This document shows, one piece after another, positions 45,001-53,055 of a DNA stretch of 53,055 nucleotides; within the stretch, counting starts at the first letter, position 1, and each line of letters opens with the position of its first letter. Source of the stretch: a virus (taxonomy: Duplodnaviria; Caudoviricetes); the IMG/VR virus record IMGVR_UViG_3300024231_000017, positions 1 to 53,055 of that record; one strand, given 5' to 3'. The position numbers and the translations under genes were made by a program. Under the pieces are notes generated by a model. The model did not search any database, was not told the origin of the DNA, and saw nothing but the letters and a program-made list of their open reading frames with translations.

Positions 45001-48000
45001 GTCTTTGGCTATTACTAGATTTCCTACTTGAATCACTTCACTGGCAGATAAGACTGGGGTCTGGGTAGCCAGATCATAGAAGAAAGTGTGACGCTCTGGG
45101 TTCATGGAAACCTGAGTCCAAGCCGGATCATCCATAGCGGCTATAAAGTCTAGCCTGTTCTGCTCATGATCTGCCGCAACGTAATTACCCTCGATAGTCG
45201 CGATGGTATTTTTATCTGCACCCATGGCTATATTAGTTGCACCTTTTTCTGGAGATGCAAATGAAGCGTTCGCTAGACGCAGAGTTGGGTAGTAACCAAG
45301 ACGAGTACCAGACGCGCCCTTGAAGGGAGCGCCCTCTTTACGAGGTCTCGCCGCATGAGCAGTAACAACATCAGCCCGCTCATCTTTTGATAATGTTGGG
45401 TGGCTGTGGGCGGGGATATCTAGCCTTGAGCCAGTTCTCTGCCCGTCTTCAAGCACATCCGCTAACCAGTAAGTTTCTTTACTAGGTGTGTTCGGCTTTT
45501 CTCTGCTCGTCTTTTTCAGCGCATTGATGTAATGAGAGTCCGGCTTTAACGGAGCAATCATATCGGGATGCATGGGCTTAACATAACGACCTTCTTTTCT
45601 GAAGATGTCATTAAGCTCGGCGGCAGTGATCTTGCGATCAATTCGATCCTGCACCGCTTCCTTTAACTTGGGGGATATTCTTTCTTGCTCGGGTCTACGG
45701 GTCTCACGAATAGACCGCATGCCCTCTTCGTAGGTGTCTACGTAGTAGCCTGTGTCTTTGGTGTAGGGACCAAAGTACTTCGGGTCAACAACCATGAATA
45801 CAACGTCAGGCTCGCCCTTGTTGTAAGGCATGAATGTTCTTTTGTCCCAGTCCGCAGGAGCCTGAGAATCATCCCACTTGAGTCGAGAAACAACCTTGAA
45901 CCCGACATGCTGATAGATAATCGGAAGTTGCGTATCAAAGGCGTCAGAGTACAGCCCGCCCTCCTCAACAGCCAATGATGCCAAAGAGTAGGTTACGTTC
46001 TTGTGCCCGCCGTTGTTATAAAGAGACACTATTGTGTCGCCGTTTTCGATAGCTATTCCAGCTGCGCCATCTTCGGTCATGAACATCTGCATCTTTTGAT
46101 ATTCAGATTCAGGATACACATAGACCGCTGCACCATAGAGGTTGGCGTCTTTTCCTTCTTGAATCTTGCTTGCGAACAGCTTGGCGTTGGTTTTGTTTTT
46201 GGCTAGCTCAATGACTGTGCCGTTAAAGGAATCAACGGCAGCGAGCGCGGCTTTGGCTCCAGTCTCAAGCTCCCTCTTTTTGCCTGATACTTTTTTACCC
46301 GCTACGAGTACTTGAGAATATTTGCTAGCTCCTCGTCGGAAGCGTCTGGGTATATTTCCTTCATTTCCTCCACTCCCGCTATCAGATAGTCGGGGACTAC
46401 GAAGCTCTTTGTAGACTCTGTTTCGCTCATCTCGCCGTCCGGCGCCATTGGGGGGGCTGATTTCAACAGCTCTTTCAGAAGCATATTCTCTTTGAGCTGC
46501 CTCTCTTTCTGAGTACGCATCGACGAGTTCGTCGAGCTTTTGTCTGCTAACGCCTTCTGCTTCATACCAAGGTGTCCCTTTATCAAATTCACTGACTTTA
46601 AAGTCTTTGGGCACTATACCATTCTTGGGTTTAGGTATCTCGTCCAAAAACTTTCTAAATGATTCTTTACTAAACTTGTACATCGTGCCGCTAGATTTGG
46701 GGTACACGTAGTAAGGTGTGCCCTTATCGTCTCTTGCATAAATAGCTGCGGAGCGATACATGTCGCCCTTTCCTTCAGGGGCTCCAATGAATGCGTAGGG
46801 GTTGTCCTTACCAAGGATGTCCTTCTCAAGACCCTGCATGGTTGGGTGAGCAACGATCTGCCCCGAATCCCTTACCCAGCTTTCCCAGTGATAGCGACCA
46901 ATAGACGCATCTTCTGGTCTGCCCAGCTTCGTATACAGCTGCTTAAGTTTTGTGTTGAGGGAGTTCTCTATAGCCTCGTATCGGGCTGAGCCTCGAAGAC
47001 CACTAAACTCATCAGCCAAGTCGGCATAAATATTCTTGCCGTAACGGTCAGAATCCCACATTGAGTTCAGCTGAATACGGTCAAGAATTACCACGTCGTC
47101 ACGACCAATCATCAACTGGGCAAATGAGAAGACCTTGTTGTCTATTCCTGATCCCTGAACAATCAATTGGAATTGACGCCGAACCTCCTGAGTGGACATG
47201 TCGCTGTCAGCCATGATGTCGTGGACGCGCTGTAACTTTGACTGACCGCCGCTGTGCGGCTCTGCCAGCTTCTGCATCAGCTTGCCAAAGTCATTGGCGT
47301 TGGAGATTGCACCACGACCAAAAGAGCCATCAGGTATTAGCTTTCCTACCTGCTTAACCCATGCCTTAACGTCGGCATCGGACACATCGCCATCAAGCGC
47401 TTTCTGTGCCAGATCAGATACGGCAGTGCTTCCTGTCATCAGGTCAACAAAACCAGCTTCCTGACCTGAGGCTGTCTGCCGTCGAGACATCAAGCCCCAA
47501 AGCAGCAACTTGGCAGTGGCGTTAGGAGTCGCATCGCCTGACGCATATAAAGCGCCCATTCTTTCAGCGGTAGCCAAGCCGCGATTGGCAGCCTCTAGCT
47601 GCTCCGGTGTCAGCTTGGCATGAGTCTCTACCCATGAGTCCATGTCATTGTAGAGACGGATCAATCCATATGGCGGGGCTAGGGTTTCGGACTTTCCTGT
47701 TAGGTCTCTCTCAAACGCCAGCCATGCCTCTGGGCTCGATAGGGCGTCAGGGTGCTTAGCCACCACATCGACAGCACGCTGAATCTGCACCTCTGGGTCT
47801 TTCGTGGTGGGGGTAATCTTAACCACAGGCAGGGTCTTTTTCTCTCCAACCGAACCCTTAGACTTTTGCAGTAAGTACTCTGCACCCTTCTTAATAAAGC
47901 TAGGGTCATCAAGCAGGTCTTGATAGAGCTCAAACCTGTCTTCGTAGAGCCAGTCATAAGACATGAACTTGCCATCCTGTAGGATGACGATGTCTTCTTC

Positions 48001-51000
48001 TTCTTTGTTCTCGTCTAAAAGTCTCTGCTTGAGGTTCTCAAACTGATTGTCTTCGAGGGCTTTAAATCTGTGTCGCAACTGCTTTTCAGTCACCGACCCC
48101 TTTTCGTCTATATAGCTCCATGCTTTGAACTCGATATCACCCCCTACTTGCGGGTCTAGAGGGAGGTTGTAAGAATTTTCTCCCGCATCCATCAATTTTT
48201 GGCGGTGGGCTATCAGCTCATCAATGGTTTCCTGCTTGGTCTCGCCCAGCAGCCCATCAAGCGCGTCAATCTTCCCGTCGTCCGAGGTGAAGTAAACCTC
48301 ATCGCCAGCTTCCTTAGCGTCATCATCGAAGTACAGGGTGTAGCGATCACCGTCTGGGAAGGTGACAATGTAGTTGCCAGTTTCTTCGTAGTTAGTGGCT
48401 TTCTTAAAGGTAGGTTTTTTATCGGTAGCCTTGAGGACTACCGGTGTGCGTTCTGGGTCTGCCGCCTCTATTGAAGTGGCAGGTGCGGGCTCTACTTCAG
48501 GCTCTTGTACTTCTGGTCGTTCACGTTGTCCAGCTTCTTCTTGGACCTGTCCCTCCACTGAGGTATCGGCTCTCCCATCTCCAAGGCTTGCTTCGCCATC
48601 TGATCCAGTTGGTTCAGGCTGTACGACCTCGACGCTTCCGGGCTCTGGCGGTGCCCGAACTTCTCCTGATATGCCTTCAGGTTGGGTGGTGTCGGGATTC
48701 TCTTGACTTGGACTCGGTTCATTTGCGGTCTCCTGCACTACGGCAGTTTGTAAGTTGCTGTCTCTAATGTCCTTGATGTAATTATACGCTTGCGGAGCCA
48801 GCTCTTGTAGTTGTTTAGGGTTTGAGTGAAACAGTGCGCCAAGCTGAGCGAACACTTCTTCCCTGTAGTTTGCGTTCAAGCCTGCGTTATCTTGCTCAAC
48901 ATCTAAGATGTCATCGGCAAGGTTGTTAAAGGGGTAGTCAAACCTCTCACCAACAGCTGTACCGTCCACCCAGTTGTCGTAGATTTCCTGCATGATGTCA
49001 CCCATAACAACCGTAGGTGCATCAGCAGCCTCATCTATCTCGATGCCGAATCGACTATCTTTGTCACTCAAGCCCATTGCAAAATCTGCGGCGTGATAGA
49101 CCTCGTGAGTCATGGTCCATGCCAGTTCGCTTAACTGCTCCGAATCAGTGAGTGAGCCACTGAGCAAGTCTTCATTGACAGATATACCCCTAGCGTTACG
49201 ACCCGTCAGAGCCGGAGCATCAACCTCAGACTCTTTGTGTACATACACCCCAGTGACTGAATCCATAAATGACGTTGGTACACCATTAGCCGACAGATCA
49301 GCCATCACGCCCGCTACGCTATCTGTTACTTGAGCAGCGTCATCGCCATAAACCTCATCTATCGTCGGCAGGCTCTTGCCCTTAGGCTTATCTGTGGTGG
49401 CAATCTTTAATGATTCATTGCGATCAAAGATTCTGTCTACGTCGTCCTGATCTATAGCCTCAACAATCACATCGGTATTGTTTGGGTCCATTGCCTCAGG
49501 AGTCGCAGCCTTCATAGACAGCTGCATAAGCTGCTCTTGGACTGGCTGATCGACTGGAGATAGCTCACCATCCCATCGGTGTGCTGGACCTGCGTCTCGT
49601 GTACCCTCGGATACAGCTACACCCCCAAATGCTGGGGCTGGCTTGAAGTCATCTACTATGTCTGACTGCGGGGGCTGAGGTGAAGGGGGTAATGTGTTTT
49701 CCCCGAATCCGGTATTTTGCGTATCCGCAGACACGGCAGGCTCTGGAAGATCGCCTTCGGGAAGATCGATAGGCTCTTCGGCGGCATTGAAGTCTAACAG
49801 TCTGGCTTGGTTTAGCTGCTCTTCTGTGTAAGGGCGATTGGTCTCAGGGTCTAGTGCGCCTTCAGCGTTCCATGTTGTGGCTAACTCGCCAGTGATTGGA
49901 TCAATAGGGCGCTCACTTGGGACCATATCGCCAAGGCTTGTGCGACCATTAGCTGCGTTGTCTCTAGCAACCTCGTACATTTGTCTTATTCGACCAGCAA
50001 ACTCAGGATCATTTACAGATCGAGTCCGAACCTCTTTCGCTTCGTCTCCAAGGTCAACGTCGGAATTGTAGCCTCCGGTTGCCGCCTTAGCTCCGGCGCC
50101 GACAACACCCGTAGCGCCGCCAAACAAGAATCCTGCTGCCGCTGACTCAACAAGCGCATTTCTTTTCTGCTGATTGTTGATGTAGTCGAAGTAATCTCTG
50201 GTCTCATTTTCGCTGTAGTTATTGTTAACGAAAGATATAACCTCTTCCTCAACAATGAGCTGCAATGCTTCAGTCCCGCCCTCAACGCCCATCTGAGTGG
50301 TAACGTCCTTAACAAACTCCCCGACCCAAGCAGGCTTGTCGTTTATTGCTCCCGATATAAACTCGCCAGCCTCATCTACCTTGCCTTTAGGGAGGAACTT
50401 GCTTAAAGCACTAAAGGCAGGAATAGCGTTAAGCGACCCTATCGCCAAGCCAGATAGAACTGCTGCCTTTGGAGCCTCTACCCCAGTCTCATCTAACGTC
50501 CTAGCAAACGTGCTTGACGCACCCTGCTGTGTCCCATACGCCAAGGCACCAGCTGTCGCTCCCCTAGTGCTGATCTTTTTGACTTTATCTTTCGCAAACC
50601 GATCTGCCATATTGCGGGCAATCTTTTCCGCAGCTTTATCCTCTATACCCTCTTTAATTAGTCTCTCTGTTGCCTGCTTGGACAGAGTGTCCGCCATCTC
50701 GGTGACGCCTTTCTTTACTGCGGTTTTAGCAAGCAATCCGCCAGCTCCCGCACTAACAGTCATCATGGCTAGGTCAGGCGCGACAGAACCCAGCGTATAG
50801 GCAGCCCATGCCCCAAAGTCAGTGGCACTATCTATGTCCTGAAACGTACTGTCCGGCTGGTATTGTTGGGCTTCGGCAGTTTTATCTTGGTAATACTGCA
50901 TGCCCTCAGAAACCATTTCTTCATCGTCAAGCGCAGAGCCTGCCAGAGCCTTAAGACCTCCGCCGAGAGCTTTAAAGTTAGCAAGTCCGCCCTTAAATCC

Positions 51001-51186
51001 ACGGCTAAAATTACCATCGGCTTCTGGCTCTGTTGAAAGTGCTGCCTCGGGTGCTGGCGGGGTTTCTTCTGTGGGTGCAGGTTGACCCTCAGTAGGCTGA
51101 AGGCTGTTGTTTTCTTCTTCTAATAAAGCATCTCGTGCTGCGTAGTACTCGCCTTTAGAAAACTGAGTTACAGACTTTAACGGCAT
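42049..51186 (-). CDS. Giant polyvalent internal virion protein (3045 aa; zincin HEXXH, HhH-like, GNAT-like, C-terminal LPD38-like)
   Basis: THEVYH...EEVFA; GIDNKVFSF...VVILDR; DAFDTQLP.IY...GF..VSRL.W; LTVNFNRKG...YLFFNAAVQG, LPAPYGY. Confidence 0.85.
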   Translation of the reverse strand: MPLKSVTQFSKGEYYAARDALLEEENNSLQPTEGQPAPTEETPPAPEAALSTEPEADGNFSRGFKGGLANFKALGGGLKALAGSALDDEEMVSEGMQYYQDKTAEAQQYQPDSTFQDIDSATDFGAWAAYTLGSVAPDLAMMTVSAGAGGLLAKTAVKKGVTEMADTLSKQATERLIKEGIEDKAAEKIARNMADRFAKDKVKKISTRGATAGALAYGTQQGASSTFARTLDETGVEAPKAAVLSGLAIGSLNAIPAFSALSKFLPKGKVDEAGEFISGAINDKPAWVGEFVKDVTTQMGVEGGTEALQLIVEEEVISFVNNNYSENETRDYFDYINNQQKRNALVESAAAGFLFGGATGVVGAGAKAATGGYNSDVDLGDEAKEVRTRSVNDPEFAGRIRQMYEVARDNAANGRTSLGDMVPSERPIDPITGELATTWNAEGALDPETNRPYTEEQLNQARLLDFNAAEEPIDLPEGDLPEPAVSADTQNTGFGENTLPPSPQPPQSDIVDDFKPAPAFGGVAVSEGTRDAGPAHRWDGELSPVDQPVQEQLMQLSMKAATPEAMDPNNTDVIVEAIDQDDVDRIFDRNESLKIATTDKPKGKSLPTIDEVYGDDAAQVTDSVAGVMADLSANGVPTSFMDSVTGVYVHKESEVDAPALTGRNARGISVNEDLLSGSLTDSEQLSELAWTMTHEVYHAADFAMGLSDKDSRFGIEIDEAADAPTVVMGDIMQEIYDNWVDGTAVGERFDYPFNNLADDILDVEQDNAGLNANYREEVFAQLGALFHSNPKQLQELAPQAYNYIKDIRDSNLQTAVVQETANEPSPSQENPDTTQPEGISGEVRAPPEPGSVEVVQPEPTGSDGEASLGDGRADTSVEGQVQEEAGQRERPEVQEPEVEPAPATSIEAADPERTPVVLKATDKKPTFKKATNYEETGNYIVTFPDGDRYTLYFDDDAKEAGDEVYFTSDDGKIDALDGLLGETKQETIDELIAHRQKLMDAGENSYNLPLDPQVGGDIEFKAWSYIDEKGSVTEKQLRHRFKALEDNQFENLKQRLLDENKEEEDIVILQDGKFMSYDWLYEDRFELYQDLLDDPSFIKKGAEYLLQKSKGSVGEKKTLPVVKITPTTKDPEVQIQRAVDVVAKHPDALSSPEAWLAFERDLTGKSETLAPPYGLIRLYNDMDSWVETHAKLTPEQLEAANRGLATAERMGALYASGDATPNATAKLLLWGLMSRRQTASGQEAGFVDLMTGSTAVSDLAQKALDGDVSDADVKAWVKQVGKLIPDGSFGRGAISNANDFGKLMQKLAEPHSGGQSKLQRVHDIMADSDMSTQEVRRQFQLIVQGSGIDNKVFSFAQLMIGRDDVVILDRIQLNSMWDSDRYGKNIYADLADEFSGLRGSARYEAIENSLNTKLKQLYTKLGRPEDASIGRYHWESWVRDSGQIVAHPTMQGLEKDILGKDNPYAFIGAPEGKGDMYRSAAIYARDDKGTPYYVYPKSSGTMYKFSKESFRKFLDEIPKPKNGIVPKDFKVSEFDKGTPWYEAEGVSRQKLDELVDAYSEREAAQREYASERAVEISPPNGAGRRDERNRVYKELRSPRLSDSGSGGNEGNIPRRFRRGASKYSQVLVAGKKVSGKKRELETGAKAALAAVDSFNGTVIELAKNKTNAKLFASKIQEGKDANLYGAAVYVYPESEYQKMQMFMTEDGAAGIAIENGDTIVSLYNNGGHKNVTYSLASLAVEEGGLYSDAFDTQLPIIYQHVGFKVVSRLKWDDSQAPADWDKRTFMPYNKGEPDVVFMVVDPKYFGPYTKDTGYYVDTYEEGMRSIRETRRPEQERISPKLKEAVQDRIDRKITAAELNDIFRKEGRYVKPMHPDMIAPLKPDSHYINALKKTSREKPNTPSKETYWLADVLEDGQRTGSRLDIPAHSHPTLSKDERADVVTAHAARPRKEGAPFKGASGTRLGYYPTLRLANASFASPEKGATNIAMGADKNTIATIEGNYVAADHEQNRLDFIAAMDDPAWTQVSMNPERHTFFYDLATQTPVLSASEVIQVGNLVIAKDVVYDDVDNYSYIKKKQINKETGTLDDGSPSTNAFSYNDEIDAQSDLARRLKGKKVYRSLVDRYAPLEDFENQAADFLEMGRLPAGLSPRDQENLSHGKVQNDLDAFHENYVDPLGDLIAELQVDPDAVGTYLIAKHAAERNDVIAEKVKAQRERNIARAEREIERLLADVGVDHSVALETQRTKLNEYQTLPLAFQDTGSGMTYAEAESVLALAEREGTKADMDRIADKVYEMLQYQRDRMVEAGLLDEDSRSDWEDTYEFYVPLKGFAAEENGDAYKSGDKSRGFSIVGSESMRAKGRKTLPVNPLFTAIEDVQRKIIRARKNETAQTLLELLSELGNSDSYTIYNNKFRPPKPSDELTQQDLDQMSRDVRPNGDPKYVEVKKGGQTFFIEFKSDSLNHALQNMSVPMLSRANDDVSKLLTLATRFQTFRRNMLINYNPSWGLVNPLRDVQTGLMYSLAEKDKKGSRVQGENLIGKMAQSYLPSMRSMYRVLRGKPVREGTLDQYAAEFMEDGASTGMMLVRDQDEQLRIMKNKLKKGMTREALRAVGNWVEDFNTTMENAIRLSAYIEARKAGTDRQTAATLAKDLTVNFNRKGENTAVVNAGYLFFNAAVQGNVNIAQALGGGEGKVTTAQKTAVGLIGLGATLAVINILNSEDDDDDEKVYADLPEHAKNRALLINYSSEEGFALPAPYGYNFFTNIGRLSAEMAFDINTPEESAVYLWENALLNFVPVAPSSGDNWEEKARGFYPDLLEVHLDMLANKNFFGSDIYIEQNPFIVERSNAYNSRRSTDKAFTAAAEFLNDATGGDKYKDGYISMNPDKMEYVYEYFLGGVGRFVSQSSDVAARMMADEDFRKQDLPIVGTFFESPSEYEDRFEFYANWDETRKIEAKLKDAIEAGDQAELDRLRNQYQSFIPVIEGGRNSLYKASNRELRSISKTRKLVESQDIPEARRRELLDKLLENENKIFDIYNKAYRKAEREMK

Positions 51187-51200
51187 AAATTCTCACCAAA

Positions 51201-52673
51201 TTATTTCAGTAAATTTAAAAGGTTTAGCTGCTCTATCAGCCCAGCTGAATCTTCGATCTCACCGTCTTCGTTGTAATATCCTTGGAGGATTGATGCGTTC
51301 TGATAATTGAACGAAGCGTTGCTTCTATTCATTAGCTCTCCGAGGTTTGCCGCATCAACTCCCTTAGGAACTGGAGCACCTGCCAGAGCAGAGCTGGTAG
51401 CTTCAAACCATTCCTGAATCTTGAATTGCTCCGACGTGTCGTCTGTAGGTCCGAAAAGCATCTCGTGCTCAATCTCTCTGCGATACCTGTCCGTATCCAC
51501 GAAGGCTAACTTTTCAGACACCGAAGCATTCGCCATTCCAGACTGCTGGAAGAACATGCTTTCGTTGGGTGTTGCCCCGCTCTGTATGCCTTTCCTTACA
51601 GTTTCTAGCTTGGCATTTACTGCTGCATCGAAGTCTTTGGTGCTACCGTAATCTGTATATATTTTTGCTGCCCTAACGTCCCTCTCAATCTTTGGACCAA
51701 TCTCCTGAATCATGTGAGCTGTGCCTGCCATGGCGGTCATAGCATCATCCATTTGCAGGTCTAAAGGTTTGTTGTCCGCAAAATTCCTTTTCGCTGTTAA
51801 CGGTGGGAAATACGGGTACAAATTACCGTCCCCATCCTCCGCCAGAACATAGAGCGTACCGCCAAGAGTCTGTCCATCTACAGTCCCAACTTCATGAAGA
51901 CCTTGGCTTTTAATTCTCAAGCCTTTTCCTTTCATCCAGTCTGGAGCATTTGTAAATGACTCATCTATCTGCCGACCCACAGCAGCCGAGGTGTTTAGTC
52001 CAAGCGCTGCCCCAAAGGCAGATCGAAGCTGGGGCGTCATTTCAGCCGGGTTGCCCGCAGCGACATCACCCATAAAGCTGTTTACCGCCGAAAGCCCCCT
52101 GCGAGTGGCTGGTGATGTGATGTAGCCCACTCCGTGAAACTGGCTAGCCTCAGTCGTCTCGACCAGATCGGCTATGGCTGCCAGCTCGCTCGGACCGTGA
52201 CCGTTTAGGTTTCCCGCCTCAGCGAACTTGGCTAGGTCTTGCAGCGCGAACGCTCCTGCCTCTCTGCTTAACTTCTGATCTCTTTCCGCTTGCTGAGACT
52301 TAAAGTTCTCCGCCTGAGCCTTGTTCTCGGCTATCTGTGACTGACCTATCATGTAATCGATAGATTCAGGGTTGGTTGCATTATTGGCTTTAGTAGATGC
52401 TGTCTGTGCATTTAACAATGCAGCCTCACCGCTTACTCCTGCGTTAATAGCTTGCTGCTGGGCTGTCGAAGCGCGTAGCGCCGCAAGACCGGCATCGCTT
52501 TTTTGGGCGAGGTCTTTGATCCGCAGGTCTTCTTTCCGATACGCTGCAAGATCGTCTGCCTGCCGCTTCTTAAAAGCCGCATCAGCTTCAATCTGTTCGC
52601 GCTTGAGCTCACGATCCTGAACATCACTAATCAGCCCGAAGCCGCTTCTAAAACCGTCTGCAAAACCTGCCAT
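51201..52673 (-). CDS. Internal virion/ejection protein
   Basis: MAGFADGFRSGFGL N-terminus and coiled coil; upstream of giant protein. Confidence 0.7.
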   Translation of the reverse strand: MAGFADGFRSGFGLISDVQDRELKREQIEADAAFKKRQADDLAAYRKEDLRIKDLAQKSDAGLAALRASTAQQQAINAGVSGEAALLNAQTASTKANNATNPESIDYMIGQSQIAENKAQAENFKSQQAERDQKLSREAGAFALQDLAKFAEAGNLNGHGPSELAAIADLVETTEASQFHGVGYITSPATRRGLSAVNSFMGDVAAGNPAEMTPQLRSAFGAALGLNTSAAVGRQIDESFTNAPDWMKGKGLRIKSQGLHEVGTVDGQTLGGTLYVLAEDGDGNLYPYFPPLTAKRNFADNKPLDLQMDDAMTAMAGTAHMIQEIGPKIERDVRAAKIYTDYGSTKDFDAAVNAKLETVRKGIQSGATPNESMFFQQSGMANASVSEKLAFVDTDRYRREIEHEMLFGPTDDTSEQFKIQEWFEATSSALAGAPVPKGVDAANLGELMNRSNASFNYQNASILQGYYNEDGEIEDSAGLIEQLNLLNLLK

Positions 52674-52682
52674 GATGAATAC

Positions 52683-52894
52683 CTAGTCGAATAATTTGTT
52701 AATGAGATAGGCGACGCCTAAGCCAATGGCTATAGGGGCTGCTAATGTGGACAGGGCTGCCATGGGTCCAGCGGCTGCTGCACCCGCTGCGCCAACTGCC
52801 GTAGTACCACCAGCAGCCGTTGCTCCTGCTGCCGTAGCCGTTGCTCCAGCTCCTGCCGCTCCTGCCGCTCCTGCCGCTCCTGCTCCGGCTGCAC
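52683..52894 (-). CDS. 3' part of junction-spanning Ala/Gly-rich ejection protein
   Basis: GAAGAA repeats ending in hydrophobic PIAIGLGVAYLINKLFD. Confidence 0.7.
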
Positions 52895-53055
52895 CAGCTG
52901 TTCCTGCTGCCGCGCCCGCGGCTCCTGCTGCTCCTGCTGCCGCGCCCGTGGCGCCAGTAGTTCCTGCCAAGCCTATTCCTGTGTTTGCTGCTTGAGCGGC
53001 GGTGGCTGCGGTAGCATCTACCACTCCAGCACTTATCGAAGCTGCGTTAGCGTTT
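52895..53055. repeat. Terminal direct repeat / circular assembly overlap (copy 2)
   Basis: Matches 1-161 with one mismatch. Confidence 0.95.

Overview
This window looks like a complete, circularly assembled genome (~52.9 kb unique; the first 161 nt repeat the last 161 nt) of a temperate tailed phage with podovirus-like architecture. A proteobacterial host is inferred from the sigma70 promoters and IHF sites. The minus strand carries the virion and packaging module: terS, terL, portal, scaffold, major capsid, adaptors, fibres, holin, ejection proteins and a 3045-aa polyvalent protein. There is also a replication module (initiator with internal iterons, primase-helicase), a recombination module (Sak-like, YqaJ, SSB) and a tyrosine integrase with an IHF-flanked attP resembling a tRNA-Thr(CGT) anticodon arm. 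Two things stand out. (1) The plus-strand early operon (27.1-31.0 kb, includes ardC) is punctuated by four hammerhead ribozymes and two RNase III-like hairpins, each just upstream of a GAGGAGGCA ribosome-binding site; this suggests a self-segmenting early transcript, with one unit that could circularise. (2) An 803-aa Thr-rich protein has two ~320-aa arms that are mirror-complementary (aromatic units opposite basic units) around a central domain, suggesting a giant beta-hairpin fibre; it is encoded next to two glycosyltransferase-like genes. All family assignments are by-eye motif recognition, not database searches.
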